Below are positions 19,744 to 30,100 of a DNA stretch of 64,000 bases, piece by piece. Both the position numbers and the translations under genes were made by a program. The DNA lies in the NCBI GenBank assembly GCA_963713825.1, contig CAVQNG010000005.1, positions 224,001 to 288,000 of the forward strand, in the 5' to 3' direction. The notes under the pieces are model-generated. The model was not told where the DNA came from, made no database searches, and was given only the letters and a program-made list of their open reading frames with translations. The number at the start of each line of letters is the position of its first letter. The first letter of the stretch is position 1. This stretch comes from an uncultured Acidobacteriota bacterium (GTDB taxonomy: Bacteria > Acidobacteriota > Thermoanaerobaculia > Multivoradales > JAHEKO01).

Positions 19744-19805
19744 CCTGGCAATCGATGCCTGGTGCCCGGTCCAACGACTATCGAGTCCATAGGTGAGGAG
19801 CGTCT

Positions 19806-20306
19806 GTGCTGACTTTCGAACAGATCAAGGAGTTGATCGACCTCGTTCGAGAACGCCAACTACTGGGTGTGGAGATCGAGAGGTCGGGATTTCGATTGAA
19901 GATCGACGGCCGACCCGCCGAAGCGGTGACCGTGATTGCAGGCGACGCCCAGTCGGATAGCCGTAGCGCGGCAGGCCAGGTATCGAAGGCAATCGCGGCC
20001 GACAGCGAGTCGGCCACTCCAACGGCTGCGGAGGCGGAAGCAGCTGCCGAAGCCGAGTTGGCCGGGGTTCATGTCCTGCGGTCCCCGATCGTCGGCACGT
20101 TCTACACCGCTCCCAGTCCAGATGCCGAGCCCTACGTCAGGGCCGGTGACCGGGTCAAGCGGGGGCAGGTGCTGTGCATCGTCGAAGCGATGAAGCTGAT
20201 GAACGAGATCGAGTCCGATGAAGACGGAGTCGTCGAAAAGGCCTTCCCCAAGAACGCGCAGCCGGTGGAATTTGGTGAGCCGCTTTTCGCCATCATCCCC
20301 GATTGA
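19806..20306 (+). CDS. accB: Acetyl-CoA carboxylase biotin carboxyl carrier protein
   Basis: SPIVGTFY and the EAMKLMNEI biotinylation motif. Confidence 0.97.
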   Translation: MLTFEQIKELIDLVRERQLLGVEIERSGFRLKIDGRPAEAVTVIAGDAQSDSRSAAGQVSKAIAADSESATPTAAEAEAAAEAELAGVHVLRSPIVGTFYTAPSPDAEPYVRAGDRVKRGQVLCIVEAMKLMNEIESDEDGVVEKAFPKNAQPVEFGEPLFAIIPD

Positions 20307-20359
20307 GTTTGGATGTAGCCTCGGCATTCCAGACTTGAAAGCGCAGTCCATCCTGTTCG

Positions 20360-21724
20360 ATGTTTGAAAAAGTCCTCATTGCGAACCGCGGCGAGATCGC
20401 GCTGCGGCTGATTCAAGCGTGTCGGGAGCTGGACATTGCGACGGTGGCCGTGCACAGCACCGCGGATGAGGACTCGTTGCACGTCACCTATGCCGACGAG
20501 GCGGTCTGTATCGGGCCGCCAGCTTCCAGCGACAGCTACCTCAATGTGTCGAGCATCATCGCTGCGGCGGAGATCACCGGGGCCGATGCGGTGCATCCGG
20601 GATATGGCTTCCTGGCGGAGAATGCAGCCTTCGCGGAGGTCCTTGGCGAGTGCAACCTGAAGTGGATTGGCCCCTCACCCGACAGCATCCGGCTGATGGG
20701 AGACAAGGCGAAGGCGAGGCAGACCGCAGCGGAGGCGGGCGTCCCAGTCTTGCCTGGCAGCAAGGAGCCCCTGGCAGATGCCGCTGGCGCCGAACGAGCG
20801 GCCGGCGAGGTGGGCTACCCGGTCATCCTGAAGGCGGCTGCCGGAGGTGGTGGCCGCGGCATGAGAATTGTTCAAGAGCCCGCCGAGTTGGAGAGCCAGT
20901 TCAATACCGCCAGCGAAGAAGCTCTGAAGGCGTTCGGCGACGGCACCATCTACCTCGAGCGCTACCTCGTCGAACCGCGGCACATCGAGTTCCAGGTGCT
21001 GGGAGACAAGTACGGCAAGATCATCCATCTTGGAGAGCGGGAGTGCTCGATCCAGCGGCGCCACCAGAAGCTCATCGAAGAGGCACCTTCGCCCGTTTTG
21101 ACGCCTCTGCTGAGGGACCAGATGGGAGCTGCGGCCGTGCGACTCGCGGCAGTCGTCGGATACGAGAATGCCGGCACCGTTGAGTTCCTCCTGGACCATG
21201 ATGGCCGTTTCTATTTCATGGAGATGAACACCCGTATCCAGGTCGAGCACCCGGTCACCGAGATCGTGACGGGACAGGACCTGGTCAAGTGGCAGATCCG
21301 GCTGGCCGCTGGCGAGCGGCTGAATCTGCCCGATTCAGTGCCGGTCAGGGGACATGCCATCGAGTGTCGGATCAACGCCGAGGATCCGAAGCGGTTCACC
21401 CCGTCGCCGGGCAGAATCGAGTCGTATCACCAGCCTGGCGGGCCGGGAATCCGGGTCGATACCCATGTCTACGGTGGCTATTTCATTCCCCCTTACTACG
21501 ACTCTCTCATCGCCAAGTTGATCGCCTTCGGTGAAACTCGTGACGAAGCGATCGTTCGCATGGAGAGGGCGTTGGAGTTCTTCGTCGTCGAGGGGGTGGA
21601 GACTTCCATTCCGCTTCATCAGCGCATCATGCGAGATGCCAGGTTCCGGTCCGGCAACATCTCGACTCGATTCATGGAGCGCTTCCTGGAGGCGAGCGGC
21701 GATCGGCCGAGAGTCGAGGCGTAG
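20360..21724 (+). CDS. accC: Acetyl-CoA carboxylase biotin carboxylase subunit
   Basis: [39 protein letters not shown]. Confidence 0.98.
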   Translation: MFEKVLIANRGEIALRLIQACRELDIATVAVHSTADEDSLHVTYADEAVCIGPPASSDSYLNVSSIIAAAEITGADAVHPGYGFLAENAAFAEVLGECNLKWIGPSPDSIRLMGDKAKARQTAAEAGVPVLPGSKEPLADAAGAERAAGEVGYPVILKAAAGGGGRGMRIVQEPAELESQFNTASEEALKAFGDGTIYLERYLVEPRHIEFQVLGDKYGKIIHLGERECSIQRRHQKLIEEAPSPVLTPLLRDQMGAAAVRLAAVVGYENAGTVEFLLDHDGRFYFMEMNTRIQVEHPVTEIVTGQDLVKWQIRLAAGERLNLPDSVPVRGHAIECRINAEDPKRFTPSPGRIESYHQPGGPGIRVDTHVYGGYFIPPYYDSLIAKLIAFGETRDEAIVRMERALEFFVVEGVETSIPLHQRIMRDARFRSGNISTRFMERFLEASGDRPRVEA

Positions 21725-21795
21725 AATCTCTGTCAATAGAGCAGTGAAGGTACTTCTGCCAAGCAGCTGATCGCAAGGCTGATGGAGGGTTGCGT

Positions 21796-23244
21796 ATGAG
21801 TGCGACAGAGCAGTTCAGCTCACGCTGGGGCCTGATTCTGGCGACCCTGGGTATGGCTGTCGGCACCGGCAACATCTGGCGGTTCCCACGGATCGTTGCG
21901 ACCAACGGCGGTGGCGCTTTCCTGGTCTCCTGGGTCGTCTTTCTCTTTATCTGGTCGGTGCCCCTGATGATTGTCGAGTTCTCGTTTGGCAAGCGGGGCC
22001 GCAAGGGCACGGTGGGCAGCTTCATCACCATGGGCGGCAAGGGCGCCGGATGGATGGGCGGCTGGGTGGCCCTCTGCGCGACCTTCATCATGTTCTATTA
22101 CTCGGTCGTGGCGGGATGGTGTCTGCGCTACTTCGCGGCCGCCGTACAGGGGGGGCTTACCGGCCAGAGCTCGACGGCCTTCTGGGAAAGTTACGCCGGT
22201 AGCGGCCTGGCGTGGGTCACGAATGCCATCGCCCTGGGTCTGGCCATCGGAGTGGTCTGGTTCGGGGTGCGTGGAATCGAGCGCGTGGCCAAGGTCCTGA
22301 TCCCCACTCTGTTCGTCCTGGTCTTGATGCTGGCCATCCGAGCGGTGACCCTGCCTGGGGCGACCGCTGGCCTCGAGTTTCTGTTCCGACCGGACTGGAG
22401 CGCCCTCGGAGACGTCAGGATCTGGCTCCAAGCGCTGACGCAGAATGCCTGGGACACAGGCGCCGGGTGGGGCTTGATTCTGACCTTTGCCGTCTATATG
22501 AAGTCGCGGGAGGACATTCCGCTGAACGCCTTCCTCATCGGCTTCGGCAACAACAGCGTGTCACTGCTGGCCGGCATCATGGTCCTGTGCACGGTCTTCG
22601 CGATCAATCCCGGCGCCCGCAGCGAGATCGTCGGCGCCGGCAACGAGGGGCTGACCTTCATCTGGATGCCGCAGCTGTTTGCGCAGATGCCAGGTGGCCA
22701 GTTCTTCATGATCTTCTTCTTCCTGGCCTTGTCGTTCGCGGCCCTCACCAGCCTCATATCGATGGTCGAGCTCCTGACTCGCAACCTCATGGATGCTGGC
22801 ATGAGGAGACGCAAGGCCGTCGGTATCGTCGCTCTATTGGCTCTCGCATTCAGCACGCCGTCGGCGTTGTCATTGAGCTTTCTCCACAACCAGGATTGGG
22901 TATGGGGAGTAGGTCTGGTGCTGTCAGGCCTCTTGTATGCCGTGGCGGCACGCCGATTCGGGGTCGAACGACTACGGCGGGAGGTTGTCAACGCGGACGG
23001 CTGCGACCTGCCTGTCGGTAGCTGGTGGACCTTCATCGTGTCTGTCGTCGTACCCATCGAAGCCGTCGTGCTGATGATCTGGTTCCTCTGGGAGGCCAGG
23101 GGAGCGGATCCTGAACACTGGCTCGACCCGTTCAAGTCGGGCTCCGTGGGTACGGTTCTGGCGCAGTGGGCGATCGTTCTGGTGGCGCTGCTGGTACTCA
23201 ATCGTTGGTTGGGCCGCCGAGTCGGTGCCGAGGGTGCCTCGTGA
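21796..23244 (+). CDS. Sodium-dependent transporter, NSS/SNF family
   Basis: GMAVGTGNIWRFP, NGGGAF, YYSVVAGW, GLTFIWMP, AALTSLISM. Confidence 0.95.
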   Translation: MSATEQFSSRWGLILATLGMAVGTGNIWRFPRIVATNGGGAFLVSWVVFLFIWSVPLMIVEFSFGKRGRKGTVGSFITMGGKGAGWMGGWVALCATFIMFYYSVVAGWCLRYFAAAVQGGLTGQSSTAFWESYAGSGLAWVTNAIALGLAIGVVWFGVRGIERVAKVLIPTLFVLVLMLAIRAVTLPGATAGLEFLFRPDWSALGDVRIWLQALTQNAWDTGAGWGLILTFAVYMKSREDIPLNAFLIGFGNNSVSLLAGIMVLCTVFAINPGARSEIVGAGNEGLTFIWMPQLFAQMPGGQFFMIFFFLALSFAALTSLISMVELLTRNLMDAGMRRRKAVGIVALLALAFSTPSALSLSFLHNQDWVWGVGLVLSGLLYAVAARRFGVERLRREVVNADGCDLPVGSWWTFIVSVVVPIEAVVLMIWFLWEARGADPEHWLDPFKSGSVGTVLAQWAIVLVALLVLNRWLGRRVGAEGAS

Positions 23245-23287
23245 CGACTGGTCGGAGTCGGCGAACGAGCTGCGGGGAGAACAGACT

Positions 23288-23416
23288 ATGAGTACTTCGG
23301 CAATCGTCATGATGGTCCTGATCTGCGGCGTCGTCTGGGGTGGGTTCGTCTATTTCTTGACTCGTGCGATGCGAAGCGAGGGTAGGAAGCAGACAGCAGC
23401 CCGAGCGGACGACTGA
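23288..23416 (+). CDS. MetS-like small subunit of the NSS transporter
   Basis: MSTSAIVMMVLICGVVWGGFVYFL, 42 aa, directly after the NSS gene, GGGGAG RBS. Confidence 0.85.
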   Translation: MSTSAIVMMVLICGVVWGGFVYFLTRAMRSEGRKQTAARADD

Positions 23417-23438
23417 GTCGCCGTTGAGAGATCATCGC

Positions 23439-23972
23439 GTGACAACACCTCCAGTTCGACACATCTATCTGACCGGTTTCATGGGAGCGGGTAAGTCGAC
23501 TGTCGGTCGGGCCTTGGGCAAGAGCCTCGGCTGGAACTTCCTGGACCTCGACCGGTTCGTCGAAGAGCGCTGTCAGATGTCGATCTCACGGGTCTTCACC
23601 GAGAGGGGTGAGGACTGGTTCCGGCAGCAGGAGCACGAAGCTCTGGCGGCGGTTCCGAGCCAGGCCGAGACGGTCGTCGCCGTTGGAGGCGGAGCCCTGG
23701 TGCGGCCAGACAATCGGCGCTTGATGCGACAGAGAGGCGTCACGGTCTGGCTAGATGCGCCCTTTTCGCTTATCCTTCAGCGTCTGGGTGACGGCGAGCG
23801 CATGGCGAGGCCCCTGTTTTCCGATGAGGGTGCGGCCCGAGCGCTGTTCGACCAACGCCGATCGCTATATGCCCGCGCGGACCACGTTGTTCAAATACGA
23901 CCGGAGTCGGAACCCGAAGCTGTGGCCAAACACATCGTCAACCTGATCGAGAAGTCGATATGCGCTACCTGA
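23439..23972 (+). CDS. aroK: Shikimate kinase
   Basis: IYLTGFMGAGKSTVG P-loop, DLD, GE..FR..E, GGG, RP. Confidence 0.93.
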   Translation: MTTPPVRHIYLTGFMGAGKSTVGRALGKSLGWNFLDLDRFVEERCQMSISRVFTERGEDWFRQQEHEALAAVPSQAETVVAVGGGALVRPDNRRLMRQRGVTVWLDAPFSLILQRLGDGERMARPLFSDEGAARALFDQRRSLYARADHVVQIRPESEPEAVAKHIVNLIEKSICAT

Positions 23973-24703
23973 TCGTCGCAGACATGCACGGCAACGGTCC
24001 GGCGCTGGCCGCAGTGCTGGATCATGCCAACGAGCGGGGCTTCGATGCGGCGCTCATTCTCGGCGACCTGGTGGGCTACGGGGCTTCGCCCAACGAGGTG
24101 GTAGGGACTCTCAGGGACCTGCCTGTTGCGAAGCACTTCGTGCGCGGGAACCACGACAAGGTGGCTGCCGGAATCACCGATGGCAGAGGCTTCAATCCGA
24201 CGGCCCTGGCTGCTGCTCGGTGGACTCAAGCGGCGCTGGCCGAGGACAACCTGGAGTTCGTGCGCGAGATGCCGCAGGGTCCACTGACTGTCGAGCCGGG
24301 CTTGGTGATCTGCCATGGAAGCCCATTCGATGAAGACGAGTACCTGCTCTCAGCGGGCCATGCCGAGGAGATCTTCGAGTCGATGCCGGGCCAGTGGACG
24401 TTCTTTGGCCATACCCACCTGCCGTCGTTGTTTCGCCGCTTCGAGGGGCGTGTCGAGGCCAGTTTGCTGGATGGCGAGGAGCAGGTTCTCCAGCTGGAGG
24501 GTGGAACCGACGTTCTGCTCAACCCGGGGTCGGTAGGCCAACCAAGGGACCGTGACCCCCGAGCCTCCTACATGCTCCTGGATACAGGGTCCTCTCGGGT
24601 CGAGCACTTCAGGGTCGAGTACTCGATCGTCGAAGCCCAGCAGGAGATCCGGCAGGCAGGGCTGCCCGACGCACTGGCGGACCGCCTGGTTCTCGGAATC
24701 TGA
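23960..24703 (+). CDS. Calcineurin-like metallophosphoesterase
   Basis: DMHGN, GDLVGYG, GNHD, GHTH, NPGSVGQPRD. Confidence 0.93.
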   Translation: MRYLIVADMHGNGPALAAVLDHANERGFDAALILGDLVGYGASPNEVVGTLRDLPVAKHFVRGNHDKVAAGITDGRGFNPTALAAARWTQAALAEDNLEFVREMPQGPLTVEPGLVICHGSPFDEDEYLLSAGHAEEIFESMPGQWTFFGHTHLPSLFRRFEGRVEASLLDGEEQVLQLEGGTDVLLNPGSVGQPRDRDPRASYMLLDTGSSRVEHFRVEYSIVEAQQEIRQAGLPDALADRLVLGI

Positions 24704-24762
24704 TCTGCGATGGAAGGCGGTTCCGGCTCGCTATCGACCGAGAACCAACAAAGTCGGGGGCA

Positions 24763-25740
24763 CTACTGCGGTGCGGCCCCGCCGATCACTGCACCAGATT
24801 CTGCCATTCTCAAGAGCTCTTCGAAGTCCGGGTCGCTCCCGCCGGCCATTTCGAGGCCGATTTGCCAGGTGTCGACGGCCTGCTCGACCTCGCCGAGCTG
24901 ATACAGAGCCAGGCCACGGTAGAGCAACGCCTGCTGATGGTCGGGATAGGTCGCCAGAACCCTGTCGAGAAGGTCCCTCCCGACCTCGAACTGCCCCATG
25001 CTGACACGCACGATGCCGTGGACCAGCAGGGCGTCGGGATCGTCGGGGAGGCGCTGCAATACCTCGCCAGCCAAGGAGAAGGCCTCGAAGAACTGGCCTG
25101 CCGACAACAGGATGAGAGACAGCTGTTTCTTGGCAGCCCAGTCTTCGGGATCGTTGACGATGCGTGTCTGCAGTTCCGCCGCCTGTGCCGCGAGCGCTGG
25201 CGGCAATGCCGCCATCTGGCCCGAATGGGGATCTTCGGAAGCTCCAGGCGCGGCCTGAGCCATCGGCTGCTGCGCTGCCGGTTTCGCATCGCGCACGGCG
25301 AAGTAGACCAGCAGGGCGACAATTCCAACCATGGCGGCACCGATGAGGACGCCCGTGAGCATGGGGCGGCCCCGCGGGGCAGTGCCATCGGTCGGCGGCT
25401 GCCGGGCTTCGTCCAGCTCGTCTTGTTCGACGGTTTCCGCCTTGGCAGGTGCGATCTCGGGCTGCTGCTCCTGGAGTCGATCGAGCTCCATGAGAGTCCT
25501 GGCGGCCGCGTCCACGAGGGAGTCGCGCTCGGACTGGCTCAGATTGTCCTCGTCGGCTGCTCGCAGCCGCCGATAGAGGTCGTCCCGCCGGTCCTCCAGG
25601 TCGCGGATCTTGAGGGCAACGTCGGCTGCTTCCGCTTCTTTCTCCGCCGCCTGATGGCGAAATCGGAGGGCCAGCCAGATGCCCGTCGCCAGGCCCACCG
25701 CCAGCACCAGCAAGCTCGGCGCCCAAGTCATCTCATTCAC
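24763..25740 (-). CDS. Cytochrome c biogenesis TPR protein, CcmI/CycH-like
   Basis: Two TM segments, a coiled region and C-terminal TPRs; last gene of the ccm operon. Confidence 0.75.
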   Translation of the reverse strand: MNEMTWAPSLLVLAVGLATGIWLALRFRHQAAEKEAEAADVALKIRDLEDRRDDLYRRLRAADEDNLSQSERDSLVDAAARTLMELDRLQEQQPEIAPAKAETVEQDELDEARQPPTDGTAPRGRPMLTGVLIGAAMVGIVALLVYFAVRDAKPAAQQPMAQAAPGASEDPHSGQMAALPPALAAQAAELQTRIVNDPEDWAAKKQLSLILLSAGQFFEAFSLAGEVLQRLPDDPDALLVHGIVRVSMGQFEVGRDLLDRVLATYPDHQQALLYRGLALYQLGEVEQAVDTWQIGLEMAGGSDPDFEELLRMAESGAVIGGAAPQ

Positions 25741-26279
25741 GATGCAACCTCCCGTCTGACTCGCTCCCGGTAGCTTTCGAGCTCATTCTCCGAGCTCGAC
25801 ACAGCGGGAGTCGACTCCTCTGAAGCGACGGCTGCCGGCTTTTTCATTCTCGCCGCCAGAAAGATCAGGCCGCCCAAAAGCACGGCAAGAGGTGCTAGCC
25901 AGACGAGAAGGTTGAATCCCCTGGCTTTCGGCTCGAGACGGATGAACTCGCCATAGGACTGCTCGAAGTATTCCAGCACCTGCGACTCCGAGTAGCCTTT
26001 CGACAGCATATCCCTGACTTCGCTCTTCATCGCCATGGCGAGGGCCGTCGGCGAGTCGGCGATGGAGAGACCCTGGCAGACCGGGCAACGCATGATCCCG
26101 GCGACGTCCTCGGTGATGAGGTCTAGCTCCGGGCCGGAGAGCGGTGGGCCGGCGGGCTCACCCACGAGGTCCCAGTTGGCGGCCCCGATGGGCGCCTCCT
26201 GGCCCGTCGCGGCAGGCGAGACGCAGACCGAAAGAGCGATGAGAAGTAGGGCAGAACCGATTGAACGCATGGCTATCAT
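25737..26279 (-). CDS. ccmH: Cytochrome c-type biogenesis protein CcmH
   Basis: MRCPVCQGLSIADS, YGEFI.LEP; ATGA overlap with ccmG. Confidence 0.93.
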   Translation of the reverse strand: MIAMRSIGSALLLIALSVCVSPAATGQEAPIGAANWDLVGEPAGPPLSGPELDLITEDVAGIMRCPVCQGLSIADSPTALAMAMKSEVRDMLSKGYSESQVLEYFEQSYGEFIRLEPKARGFNLLVWLAPLAVLLGGLIFLAARMKKPAAVASEESTPAVSSSENELESYRERVRREVAS

Positions 26280-26797
26280 CCGCTGCTGAGCATGCCGTTG
26301 AGGAGACTTGCGAGCTCGTTGGGGTGAAGTGCGCCGGTGGCCTTCTTGATGATCACACCATCCCGGTCGATGAAGAAGGTCTCGGGCGCTCCGTAGACAC
26401 CATAGGCAATCGCGACGGTACCGGCGTCGTCTACAAGGCTGGGTCCCCAGGCCCCACGTCGATCGATGAAAGCCTGGATATTCTCCGGCTCGTCCTGGTA
26501 GATCACGCCGAGGAACTCGACAGAGCCTTCGTATTGCTTGGCCCCAGCTTGTAGCACCGGATGCTCGGCGATACAGGGCTGGCACCATGTGGCCCAGAAG
26601 TTGATGACCACTGGCTTGCCGCGCAGATCGGCCAGTCGCACCATCTCGCCGTCCAGACCGCGCAGAGCGAAGTCGGGAGCGGCCCTGCCGACCAGGGGTG
26701 AGTCGATCGCTCGGGGATCCTTGCCGAACGACAGGGCGAGGAAGACGAGGAGAGGAGTGACGATCAATGCTCCTACAATGAGCACTTTCCGATTCAT
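26276..26797 (-). CDS. ccmG: Thiol:disulfide oxidoreductase CcmG/DsbE (TlpA family)
   Basis: INFWATWCQPC, YGVYGAPETFFID. Confidence 0.9.
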   Translation of the reverse strand: MNRKVLIVGALIVTPLLVFLALSFGKDPRAIDSPLVGRAAPDFALRGLDGEMVRLADLRGKPVVINFWATWCQPCIAEHPVLQAGAKQYEGSVEFLGVIYQDEPENIQAFIDRRGAWGPSLVDDAGTVAIAYGVYGAPETFFIDRDGVIIKKATGALHPNELASLLNGMLSSG

Positions 26798-28779
26798 CAG
26801 GTCGTTGCCTCCACAGTTCTGGCGCTCTTGGCCGTGGCCGCGGATCGGGGTGGAATCAGGCAGACGACTGTGCCAGCCACCATGATCAAGACGCCGAGCC
26901 AGACCCAGACTACAGCCGGAGTCACGATAGCCCGCAGGCCAATGCGTCCGTCCTCACCGACACTCATGACCGTCAGGTAGAGGTCATGGGTCAGTGTCGT
27001 GCGCACGGCGGGGGTGCCGATGGGCTCCCTCTGAGTCGGATAGTGATTGAATCTCGGTTCGAGGATTCCCTTGTCCTTGCCCTTGTGCACGACCTGGATG
27101 GTCGCCTTCTCGGCGGTCAGATGGGGCTCGCGCTCGATGGTGAGCTGAGTGAACGTCAGATCGTAGCCACCGACAGCGGCCGATTGACCCGGCGCCAGGG
27201 TCGCCTCCAGATTCTCCTTGTAGGTCGAGGAGATGGCGATCGCCACGAACGTTACGATGACTCCCAAATGCACGAGATAGGCGCCTGTCCGCCGCGGTGC
27301 GCGAACGAAGGTCTGGAGAACCGCCTGCCCGGCGGATTCGCCCTTCTTCGCACGGAGGCGCGCTGGCCGCAAGGCCTGATCCAAAGTGACCCAAAGGGCG
27401 TAACCGGCCAGGAAGGCGGTCAACAGTATCGACCAGGATCGCGCCCCGGCCAGCAGCGCCAGAATGAGTCCGACAACGGCGGCTGGCAGCGGCCAGACGA
27501 GGGCTCTCTGTAGAGCCTGCTTGTCAGCTCGGCCCCAAGGTAGGGCCGGGCCGATGCCGATCAGAGCCAGCAATCCGAGGCAGATCGGTACCGCCATGCG
27601 ATTGAAATAGGGCTCACCGACGCTGACCTTCACCCCACGTACAGCCTCGGCAATGATGGGGAAGATCGTGCCGACCAGCACCGTGAAGGTAAAGGTGACC
27701 AGCAGCAGATTGTTGAGAAGGAACGCTCCTTCCCGGGCTACGACAGCGTCCTCCGAAGGTTCGGAGACCAGAGTGTCGATCCGCAAACTGAGCAGGATGA
27801 TCGAGGCTACCAGAGCGATGCCGAGGAAGATCAGAAAGAGAGGCCCGATCGGGCTCTGGGTGAAGGAGTGAACCGAGTTGACGACACCGGATCGGGTCAG
27901 GAAGGTGCCCAGGATGGTGAGCAGGAACGTCACCATCACAAGAATCACGGTCCAGGCCTTGAGGGTGCCGCGGCGCTGTTGCACAACCGCGGAATGGAGT
28001 GCGGCAATCGCTGTCAGCCAGGGCAGGAAGGATGCGTTCTCGACGGGATCCCAGGCCCAGTAGCCGCCCCATCCCAGCACCTCGTAGGACCACCAGCCAC
28101 CCAGCATGATGCCCAGAGTCAGAAAGCTCGTGGGCACCAGAAGCCAGTTGCGGAGTGGGCGCAGCCAGCTGGCACCCAACTGGCCTCGCAGCAAGGCCGC
28201 GACGGCCATGGCGAACGGTACGCTCATGCCGACATAGCCGAGGTAGAGCATCGGCGGGTGGATGATCATCAGGATGTGGTTCTGCAGCAACGGATTCGGG
28301 CCAGGGCCATCCGTCGGGATGGGCAGGGGCGTTGGCCGGAACGGATTGGCCGGTCCGGCGATCAGGAAGCTGAAGAATAAACCGATGAGGAAGAGAGTGC
28401 CCAGGGTATAGGCCAGGTAGTCTTCGTGGCCTCTGCGCTGCAGCAGTGTCACCCCGGCGGTGAAAAGCCCCAGAACCAGACCCCAGAACAGAATGGAGCC
28501 CTCCAGGGAAGACCAGAGGGAGACGATCGTGATGTGCAGCGGTGTGGCCAGCGAACCGACGCTAGCGACATAGGACACGGAGAAGTCCCTGGTGACCAGG
28601 GCGTACTCCATAATGAGGTTGGCCAAGATCATGAACAGCGCAAAGGCCAACGCCATGCGGCGGGTCCACTGCAGGCCAGCAGCCGATCGGCTCGCCCCCG
28701 CAAAGAAGCCGAGAGGCGCCCCGATTGCACAGGTCATGAGGGCCAGGAGAACGGCCGCTGAGCCGAGTTGGCTGATCAC
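26797..28779 (-). CDS. ccmF: Heme lyase CcmF
   Basis: NPLLQ, IHPP, WGGYWAWDPVENAS, RSG..SVHSF. Confidence 0.97.
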   Translation of the reverse strand: MISQLGSAAVLLALMTCAIGAPLGFFAGASRSAAGLQWTRRMALAFALFMILANLIMEYALVTRDFSVSYVASVGSLATPLHITIVSLWSSLEGSILFWGLVLGLFTAGVTLLQRRGHEDYLAYTLGTLFLIGLFFSFLIAGPANPFRPTPLPIPTDGPGPNPLLQNHILMIIHPPMLYLGYVGMSVPFAMAVAALLRGQLGASWLRPLRNWLLVPTSFLTLGIMLGGWWSYEVLGWGGYWAWDPVENASFLPWLTAIAALHSAVVQQRRGTLKAWTVILVMVTFLLTILGTFLTRSGVVNSVHSFTQSPIGPLFLIFLGIALVASIILLSLRIDTLVSEPSEDAVVAREGAFLLNNLLLVTFTFTVLVGTIFPIIAEAVRGVKVSVGEPYFNRMAVPICLGLLALIGIGPALPWGRADKQALQRALVWPLPAAVVGLILALLAGARSWSILLTAFLAGYALWVTLDQALRPARLRAKKGESAGQAVLQTFVRAPRRTGAYLVHLGVIVTFVAIAISSTYKENLEATLAPGQSAAVGGYDLTFTQLTIEREPHLTAEKATIQVVHKGKDKGILEPRFNHYPTQREPIGTPAVRTTLTHDLYLTVMSVGEDGRIGLRAIVTPAVVWVWLGVLIMVAGTVVCLIPPRSAATAKSARTVEATT

Positions 28780-29267
28780 TCTGCGCTCTCCTTCTCCTTG
28801 GCCTGCTTGTCCATCTCGAACTGCATGGACTTCATCATTTCGGCCATGTCCACACTCTCACCGTCACCGGGCGCCTGATACTGGTTGTCGTGCTTGACCA
28901 GGAGGCGTTGGGTTTCGAATTGGCCAGCCCGATTGACGGAGCCTTCGACCACCACGCCGACACCTTCGCGGAACATGGCGGGCGGCACCGATTTCGTGCT
29001 GATCGGAATGCTGGCCTCGCCGTCGGTGACGGCGAACTTCAGGGTCAGACCGTCCTCACTGTGTTGAATCGTGCCCGGCTCCACCAGGCCACCGAGTCGG
29101 ATGGTGGCTCCGAGGGCTTTGTCGCCCGAGGCTTCGAGCTCCGTCGGACTCCAGTAGTAGACGAGGTTCTCTCCGATACCACCAAAAGCCAGGAAGGCCA
29201 GTACTCCAGCGGCGACCATGATGGCGACAACTGCCAGGATTCGACGTCGATTTCTTTCGCTGCTCAT
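28776..29267 (-). CDS. ccmE: Heme chaperone CcmE
   Basis: RLGGLV, MFREG.GVVVEG, KHDNQY heme-binding HxxxY motif. Confidence 0.95.
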   Translation of the reverse strand: MSSERNRRRILAVVAIMVAAGVLAFLAFGGIGENLVYYWSPTELEASGDKALGATIRLGGLVEPGTIQHSEDGLTLKFAVTDGEASIPISTKSVPPAMFREGVGVVVEGSVNRAGQFETQRLLVKHDNQYQAPGDGESVDMAEMMKSMQFEMDKQAKEKESAE

Positions 29268-29280
29268 GCTAGAAGTCCTC

Positions 29281-29406
29281 TTACTCGAGTTCGGTTTTCC
29301 GGCGGCGGTGAATAAGGCTCCATGCATACACGGCCAGTCCCGCCACGGTAATGCTGTAGGCTGCTACTACGTAACTCCAACCACCGACAATAACGCCATC
29401 AGTCAT
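29281..29406 (-). CDS. ccmD: Heme exporter protein CcmD
   Basis: Hand-translated MTDGVIVGGWSYVVAAYSITVAGLAVYAWSLIHRRRKTELE (41 aa): YV.AAY motif, one TM helix, basic tail; between ccmC and ccmE. Confidence 0.85.
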   Translation of the reverse strand: MTDGVIVGGWSYVVAAYSITVAGLAVYAWSLIHRRRKTELE

Positions 29407-30100
29407 GGCTCGATCCTCCTATGGGGGCTAGGCGCTCCGGCTCTGCCACATTGTCCTGACGCCTTCTGGCGAGCTCCAGTCGGGCCCGCTGAGCCATCAT
29501 CCAAATGGCGATAAACAGGATCGCGAAGGCGTTGATCCGCAGCGGCACGACCATCATGGGAGCCACGGTGTCCGGAGTGGACTGTACCTGATGGAGGCTG
29601 CGCCACCAGCGGACGCAGAAGTAGACCAGGGGCACATCGACGAAGGCGACGATCGTGGCAATCGCGGTCCAGGTGGCTCGCCGGCCCGAATCGTGGACGA
29701 ACGAGCGCAGCGCCAGGACGCCGGCAAACAACAGGAGCATGATGAGCGAGGTCGTCAACCGGACGTCCCAGTCCCACCAGACACCCCATGTCGCCCGCGC
29801 CCAGATGCTGCCTTGGACCAGGAGCAGTGCATTCAGGACGATGCCCACTTCGGCGGCGGCCGTCGTCATCGCATCCCATTTCGGGCGATGCGTCCAAAGC
29901 GAGACGATAGCGAAGATGAAGGCGAGGGTGTAGAGCAGCATCGCATTCCACGCACAGGGCACGTGGACATACATGATGCGCTGCACCTCGCCCATGTAGC
30001 GCTCGGCCGGCGCCACGAAGAGCCCGATATAGCTGCCGATGAAAAGCAGCAGCAGGCCCAACAGGCCGAGGCCCGAGTCCCATTTGAATTGGCGCGTCAT
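29399..30100 (-). CDS. ccmC: Heme exporter protein CcmC
   Basis: RIMYVHVP, WGVWWDWDVRLT (WWD domain), WWRSLHQ. Confidence 0.96.
   Translation of the reverse strand: MTRQFKWDSGLGLLGLLLLFIGSYIGLFVAPAERYMGEVQRIMYVHVPCAWNAMLLYTLAFIFAIVSLWTHRPKWDAMTTAAAEVGIVLNALLLVQGSIWARATWGVWWDWDVRLTTSLIMLLLFAGVLALRSFVHDSGRRATWTAIATIVAFVDVPLVYFCVRWWRSLHQVQSTPDTVAPMMVVPLRINAFAILFIAIWMMAQRARLELARRRQDNVAEPERLAPIGGSSHD

Noticed and set aside
23439-23972. aroK without aroB, aroQ or efp near pilMNOPQ-accBC
   Set aside because: Ordinary gene-order shuffling; the missing genes may lie elsewhere in the genome
25737-26588. 283-aa version of ccmH, and the extended ccmB, ccmC and ccmE starts in the ORF track
   Set aside because: The extensions overlap upstream genes; the shorter starts give ATGA coupling or remove the overlap
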